Both the position numbers and the translations under genes were made by a program. Shown one piece after another: positions 6,581 through 10,134 of a stretch of 10,134 nt of DNA (position 1 is its first letter; every line of letters starts with the position of its first letter). Under the pieces are notes generated by a model, which ran no database searches, was not told the origin of the DNA, and saw nothing but the letters and a program-made list of their open reading frames with translations. The stretch comes from Candidatus Eiseniibacteriota bacterium. GTDB lineage: Bacteria; Eisenbacteria; RBG-16-71-46; JABDJR01; JAWXBZ01. The DNA is taken from contig JAWXBZ010000116.1 in NCBI GenBank assembly GCA_034440375.1, positions 1 through 10,134 of the forward strand, in the 5' to 3' direction.

Positions 6581-8563
6581 CCCCTCTTCGATCCGCTCCA
6601 TTTCCTTCCACAACCCGTCCAGCCGGTCGCGTGTCTGCCGCTGTCGGGTGACGAGCTCCTTCGCGCGGGGGCCGTTGGCGTAGTTGCTCGGGTCGGCGAG
6701 CGCTGATTCCACTTCACGCAGGATTGCCTCGGCGACTTCAATTTCGTTTTCCAACGCAACGATGGCCGCAGCGCGCTTCTTTTCGGCGGCGCGGACTTTC
6801 TTGTCGATCTCGCGCTGGGCGGCATGAGCCTCAGTGGACGAGGCGGCCGGGGTGGACCTTGAGCTCGAGCCTGCTGACACGGCTGCGGCCGTTGCCCCCA
6901 CCGTCACGGCTGAAGGTGCCGGGCTCGCGCCCGAGGCCGCGCGGATCCGGGCCACCCGCGCGCTCTCATAGTCGTCATAGCCGCCCGGGTAGACGATGAC
7001 GCGCCCGTCGTTCACCTCAATCACCCTCGTCGCCACACGCGCCATCAGCGAGCGATCGTGCGTGACGACGACCACCCCACCCGGATACTGCTCCAGCGCA
7101 TTTTCCAGCACGTCTTTTCCCGCCAGGTCGAGATGGTGCGTCGGTTCGTCCAGGAGGACGAGGTTGGTTGGCTCGAGCAGCATCCGCGCGATTGCGACCC
7201 GCTGGCGCTCGCCGCCCGACAGAACGCGGCAGGATTTGAAGACGTCATCGCCGGTCATGAGGAAGTTGCCGAGCAGGCTCCGTAACCGCGGCCGCCATTC
7301 GTTGGTGGCTTTTTCCTCGAGCGCCTCGAGGGCCGTGAACGCCGGGTTCAGTGTTTCGGCGGCGTGTTGCGCAAAGTAGCCCAGTCGAGTCAGCTCGTAG
7401 ATGCGCTTTTTTCCGGTGTGCTGTTCAAGTTGCCCCGCGAGCAGGCGCAGCAGCGTCGTCTTGCCCGCACCGTTGGCGCCGACGATGGCCACCTTGTCGC
7501 CGCGCGCGATTTCGAGTGTCGCGCCCGAAAAAATGGGTTGCCCTTCGCCGTAGCGAAAGGAGACATCGTCCAACGCCATCAGGAGCTTTCCGGCGTGTGG
7601 CGGGGTCGGAAAGCTGAAGCTGATCGACTTCGAGCGCCGCGGAATGACGCGCCGCTCGGTGGCGAGTTTCGCGATCATCTTCTTCTTGCTGGCGGCCTGA
7701 GTGGCCTTCGTGTTCTTGGCACCGAATCGTTCCACGAACTTCGAGAGCTGCGCGATTCGCTTGTCGATCTGGACGTTTTCGGCGGCCATCTGTTCCCGGC
7801 GCTCCTCACGGGCGAGCAGGTACTGGCTGAATTTCAGCGGGTAGGGCGTCAGCTCGGCATGATCGAGCTCCATGACCTGGTCCGCCACGCGATCCAGAAA
7901 GACCCGGTCATGGGAGATGATGACCAGACCCCCCTCGAAGTCTTCGAGATAATCCTCGAGCCATTCCATGGCCGGCAGGTCGAGATGGTTGGTCGGTTCG
8001 TCCAGGAAGAGGAGCGTCGGATCGGTGAGGAGGAGCGCGGCCAGGGCCGCCCGCATCCGCCAGCCGCCGGAGAATTCCTCGAGGGGTCGATCCTGGTCCT
8101 TCGTGCTGAATCCAAGCCCCCCCAGAACCTGCCGGGCGCGCGGTTCCAGCGTGTGCTCGTCGTGATGCTCCAGCCAAGTTTGAAGTTCGCCCGCGCGCTC
8201 GAGTTCCTCCTCCAGGTCCGCCCCGTCCGCGGCGCCGGGCAGTGCCATGCGCCCATGGATGGCGTCCAGTTCTTCGCGGGCCTCCGTGAGATGTCGGTGC
8301 GCTTCCATCGCCCGATTGAGGACGGTTCCATCGAACCGTTCGGCGGCCTCCTGCGGCAGGTAGCCAAGCCGGGTGCCGCGCGACATGACTCGATCGCCGG
8401 ACTCGGGCGTCAGTTCGCCCAGGATAACCTTTATCAGTGTTGTTTTCCCCGTTCCGTTCGGGCCAACCAGCGCCCATCGATCGCCGGCATCCAGAACCCA
8501 GTCCAAGTCTGAAAACAGGACACGGGGGCCGATGGCGTAGGTGAGGGATTTGAGCTGAATCAT
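6575..8563 (-). CDS. ABC-F family ribosome-associated ATPase (YheS/YdiF/Uup-like) with C-terminal coiled-coil extension
   Basis: Two ABC cassettes (GPNGTGKT, FSGGW, LFLDEPTNHLD, SHDR; GANGAGKT, LSGGE, LLDEPTHHLD, THDR). No transmembrane segments. Helical linker FVERFGAKNTKATQA and C-terminal LENEI...E..LADP...W coiled coil. Confidence 0.95.
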   Translation of the reverse strand: MIQLKSLTYAIGPRVLFSDLDWVLDAGDRWALVGPNGTGKTTLIKVILGELTPESGDRVMSRGTRLGYLPQEAAERFDGTVLNRAMEAHRHLTEAREELDAIHGRMALPGAADGADLEEELERAGELQTWLEHHDEHTLEPRARQVLGGLGFSTKDQDRPLEEFSGGWRMRAALAALLLTDPTLLFLDEPTNHLDLPAMEWLEDYLEDFEGGLVIISHDRVFLDRVADQVMELDHAELTPYPLKFSQYLLAREERREQMAAENVQIDKRIAQLSKFVERFGAKNTKATQAASKKKMIAKLATERRVIPRRSKSISFSFPTPPHAGKLLMALDDVSFRYGEGQPIFSGATLEIARGDKVAIVGANGAGKTTLLRLLAGQLEQHTGKKRIYELTRLGYFAQHAAETLNPAFTALEALEEKATNEWRPRLRSLLGNFLMTGDDVFKSCRVLSGGERQRVAIARMLLEPTNLVLLDEPTHHLDLAGKDVLENALEQYPGGVVVVTHDRSLMARVATRVIEVNDGRVIVYPGGYDDYESARVARIRAASGASPAPSAVTVGATAAAVSAGSSSRSTPAASSTEAHAAQREIDKKVRAAEKKRAAAIVALENEIEVAEAILREVESALADPSNYANGPRAKELVTRQRQTRDRLDGLWKEMERIEEGK

Positions 8564-8607
8564 GGTTATCCGGTAATCCTGACGGTTGGGGGTCTATTGA
8601 GTTGGTT

Positions 8608-8650
8608 GGTGTTCGATCGTGATGGATGGGTGTTCGATCGTGATGGATGG
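8608..8650. repeat. 2 x 21-bp perfect tandem repeat, followed by degenerate copies to ~8684
   Basis: GGTGTTCGATCGTGATGGATG at 8608-8628 and 8629-8649. Related cores CGACCATGAATGA (8655) and CGACCGTGGATGA (8672). Confidence 0.9.
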
Positions 8651-8749
8651 TTCGCGACCATGAATGAGGCTCGACCGTGGATGACCGGCAAAGCGGTTGG
8701 CGCGGGCGGCATCATACACCGTGGGACGCGACAATGAGTTAACCGCGAC

Positions 8750-8778
8750 AGTTTACATAATGTCTCGGTCTAGGCCGA
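8750..8778 (-). other. dif-like Xer recombination site candidate
   Basis: Minus strand TCGGCCTAGAC-CGAGACA-TTATGTAAACT. The right arm is identical to the XerD/RipX arm of B. subtilis dif (TTATGTAAACT). The left arm shares CCTAGA with the B. subtilis XerC/CodV arm ACTTCCTAGAA if the spacer is 7 bp. Confidence 0.45.
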
Positions 8779-8839
8779 GTTCGGGGGGTCGCTCGGCCCG
8801 GGTTTTACTGTCGGCTATGCCTTGCCCCGGCAAACGATT

Positions 8840-9382
8840 CTATTTCTCCCCCGCCGCCCGGCGAGCCTGGCTCAGGTAGCCCGGCTCCAGGTCCAGCAGG
8901 TTGGCCATCTTGCGGACGAGGTATTCCTCGTGGCTGGCGATGCGGCCGTCGGCGAGGATGACGCCCCACATGATTTCGGCGAGAAGCGTCTTCTGGCCGA
9001 GGTTGAAGTTGGCGGCGATCTGGCGGGTGTACTGGAAGTGATCGACGGACGAACGACGCTCGGATTCGGCGGCAGCCATGAGTTCGGTCACGGCGGCCGG
9101 TGCCAGATTGAAATGACGGGCCATGGCCGACTCGATGTGGCGGCGCTCTTCCGCGGCGAACTCACTGTCGGCGTGGGCGATCTCGAGGAGAAGTGTGCAG
9201 GCGGCCACGGCGACTTCGTCGGGAGGTCCGGTGAGGGGAGCCGGAACGATGGTGGCGCCGGAACGACCCGCAGTGTCGGCGGCGCCAGGAGGGGCGCCGA
9301 TACCCGTAGCGCCCCCCGGGCCATCAGTGGTGCTCGGGCCGGCGCCGGCCTGTCCCAGCAATTTTCGTATGGCATCAAGCAT
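8840..9382 (-). CDS. TerB family (tellurite resistance TerB-like) protein
   Basis: LLLEIAHADSEFAAEER, F-x-L, DHFQYTRQI, MWGVILADGRIASHEEYLVRKMANLL give two ADG/ADS...E metal-site half-motifs typical of TerB-like proteins. Likely start is ATG 9382 (MLDAIRKLL) with GGAG SD at 9389-9392, overlapping the mtnA stop by 8 nt. 180 aa. Confidence 0.85.
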   Translation of the reverse strand: MLDAIRKLLGQAGAGPSTTDGPGGATGIGAPPGAADTAGRSGATIVPAPLTGPPDEVAVAACTLLLEIAHADSEFAAEERRHIESAMARHFNLAPAAVTELMAAAESERRSSVDHFQYTRQIAANFNLGQKTLLAEIMWGVILADGRIASHEEYLVRKMANLLDLEPGYLSQARRAAGEK

Positions 9383-10134
9383 CTGGCTCTCCAGTGAACG
9401 GCGGCTGGATAATGCCCCGTTCGGTGATCCAACCACTGATCAGCGCGGCGGGTGTGACGTCGAAAGCCGGATTGTAGACCTGAACGCCGGGAGGTGCGCC
9501 GGATGCCGTGGTGGTCGTGACTTCATCACCACCGCGCTCCTCGATCGGGATGTCGCGGCCGGAGGCGATTTGCGGGTCAAACGTCGAGAGCGGCGCGGCG
9601 ACATAGAACGGAACGCCGGCCGACTTCGCCGCCAGCGCGGCGCCGAACGTGCCGACCTTGTTGGCAGTGTCGCCATTTCGGGCCACGCGATCAGCGCCGA
9701 CGATCACAATGTCGATGCGCCCTGTATGCAGCAGGCCGGGCGCCGCGCTGTCGCAGAGGATGGTGACCGGTATGGAAGCGGTCGCCATCTCCCACGCTGT
9801 CAGGCGGGCCCCCTGGAGCAGCGGGCGGGTCTCATCCGCGAAGACCTCGACCCGCTGGCCGGCCGCCTGGGCGGCGTAGACCGGCGCGAGCGCGGTACCG
9901 AGGCCCCCCGTAGCGAGGCCGCCAGCATTGCAATGAGTAAGAACGCGGGCGCCGTCCTTGAGAAGAGCCAGACCAAATTCACCGATCCGGCGGGATGTTT
10001 CCAGGTCTTCCTGCAGGATCAATTCGGCTTCCTGAAGCAGACGGGCCGCCAGGTCGACCGGCGCGATGTCGCTGCCGGATGCGCTTCCGGAATAACTTTC
10101 GGCGGCGGCGCCGGATGCGCTGGCGGCGGCGCTG
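9375..10134 (-). CDS. mtnA: S-methyl-5-thioribose-1-phosphate isomerase (5'-truncated by the window edge)
   Basis: LTHCNAGGLAT, ETRPLLQGARLTAWE, VGADRVARNGDTANKVGT, IPIEER and NPAFDVTP. The frame stays open past the track's TTG at 10022 to the window end. Confidence 0.95.
   Translation of the reverse strand, partial: SAAASASGAAAESYSGSASGSDIAPVDLAARLLQEAELILQEDLETSRRIGEFGLALLKDGARVLTHCNAGGLATGGLGTALAPVYAAQAAGQRVEVFADETRPLLQGARLTAWEMATASIPVTILCDSAAPGLLHTGRIDIVIVGADRVARNGDTANKVGTFGAALAAKSAGVPFYVAAPLSTFDPQIASGRDIPIEERGGDEVTTTTASGAPPGVQVYNPAFDVTPAALISGWITERGIIQPPFTGEPDA

Noticed and set aside
2563..6825. Long antisense or alternative-frame ORFs (314, 550, 252, 337 aa and others)
   Set aside because: Shadow ORFs of a high-GC3 gene. 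They are Arg/Gly/Pro-rich with no recognisable motifs.
6575..8563. Antibiotic-resistance ABC-F or membrane ABC transporter
   Set aside because: No extended resistance-type linker, no permease partner and no transmembrane helices.
6724..9397. Alternative ORFs overlapping ABC-F and terB (for example 7364..8512 +, 8822..9397 +, 8697..8879 +)
   Set aside because: They are antisense shadows or lack an SD and any family motif.
9383..9436. Upstream start of the TerB ORF at 9436 (ORF track)
   Set aside because: It overlaps the conserved mtnA C-terminus. ATG 9382 has an SD and a typical N-terminus.

Overview
GC-rich bacterial chromosomal window. The left part holds a minus-strand ribosomal cluster, rplM-rpsI-rpsB, with a canonical sigma70 promoter and an S2-leader (t44-like) RNA before rpsB. 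Divergent from it is a ~1,390-aa secreted, Cys-rich mosaic protein: signal peptide, SdrD-B-like domain, beta-propeller nested in a split beta-sandwich, HYR-like domain, GACC repeat, LamG-like domain and T9SS/FlgD-Ig-type C-terminal domain. It is followed by a 21-bp tandem repeat and an intrinsic terminator. The right part holds minus-strand mtnA (5'-truncated), a TerB-family gene and an ABC-F ATPase. The terB-ABC-F spacer is feature-dense: a dif-like site with an exact Bacillus-type XerD arm, nested inverted repeats, a second 21-bp tandem repeat and a 49-codon upstream ORF abutting the ABC-F start. Gene order and the C-terminal domain suggest an FCB-group lineage outside Bacteroidota (inference). 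All domain calls are by-eye motif recognition; no searches were run.
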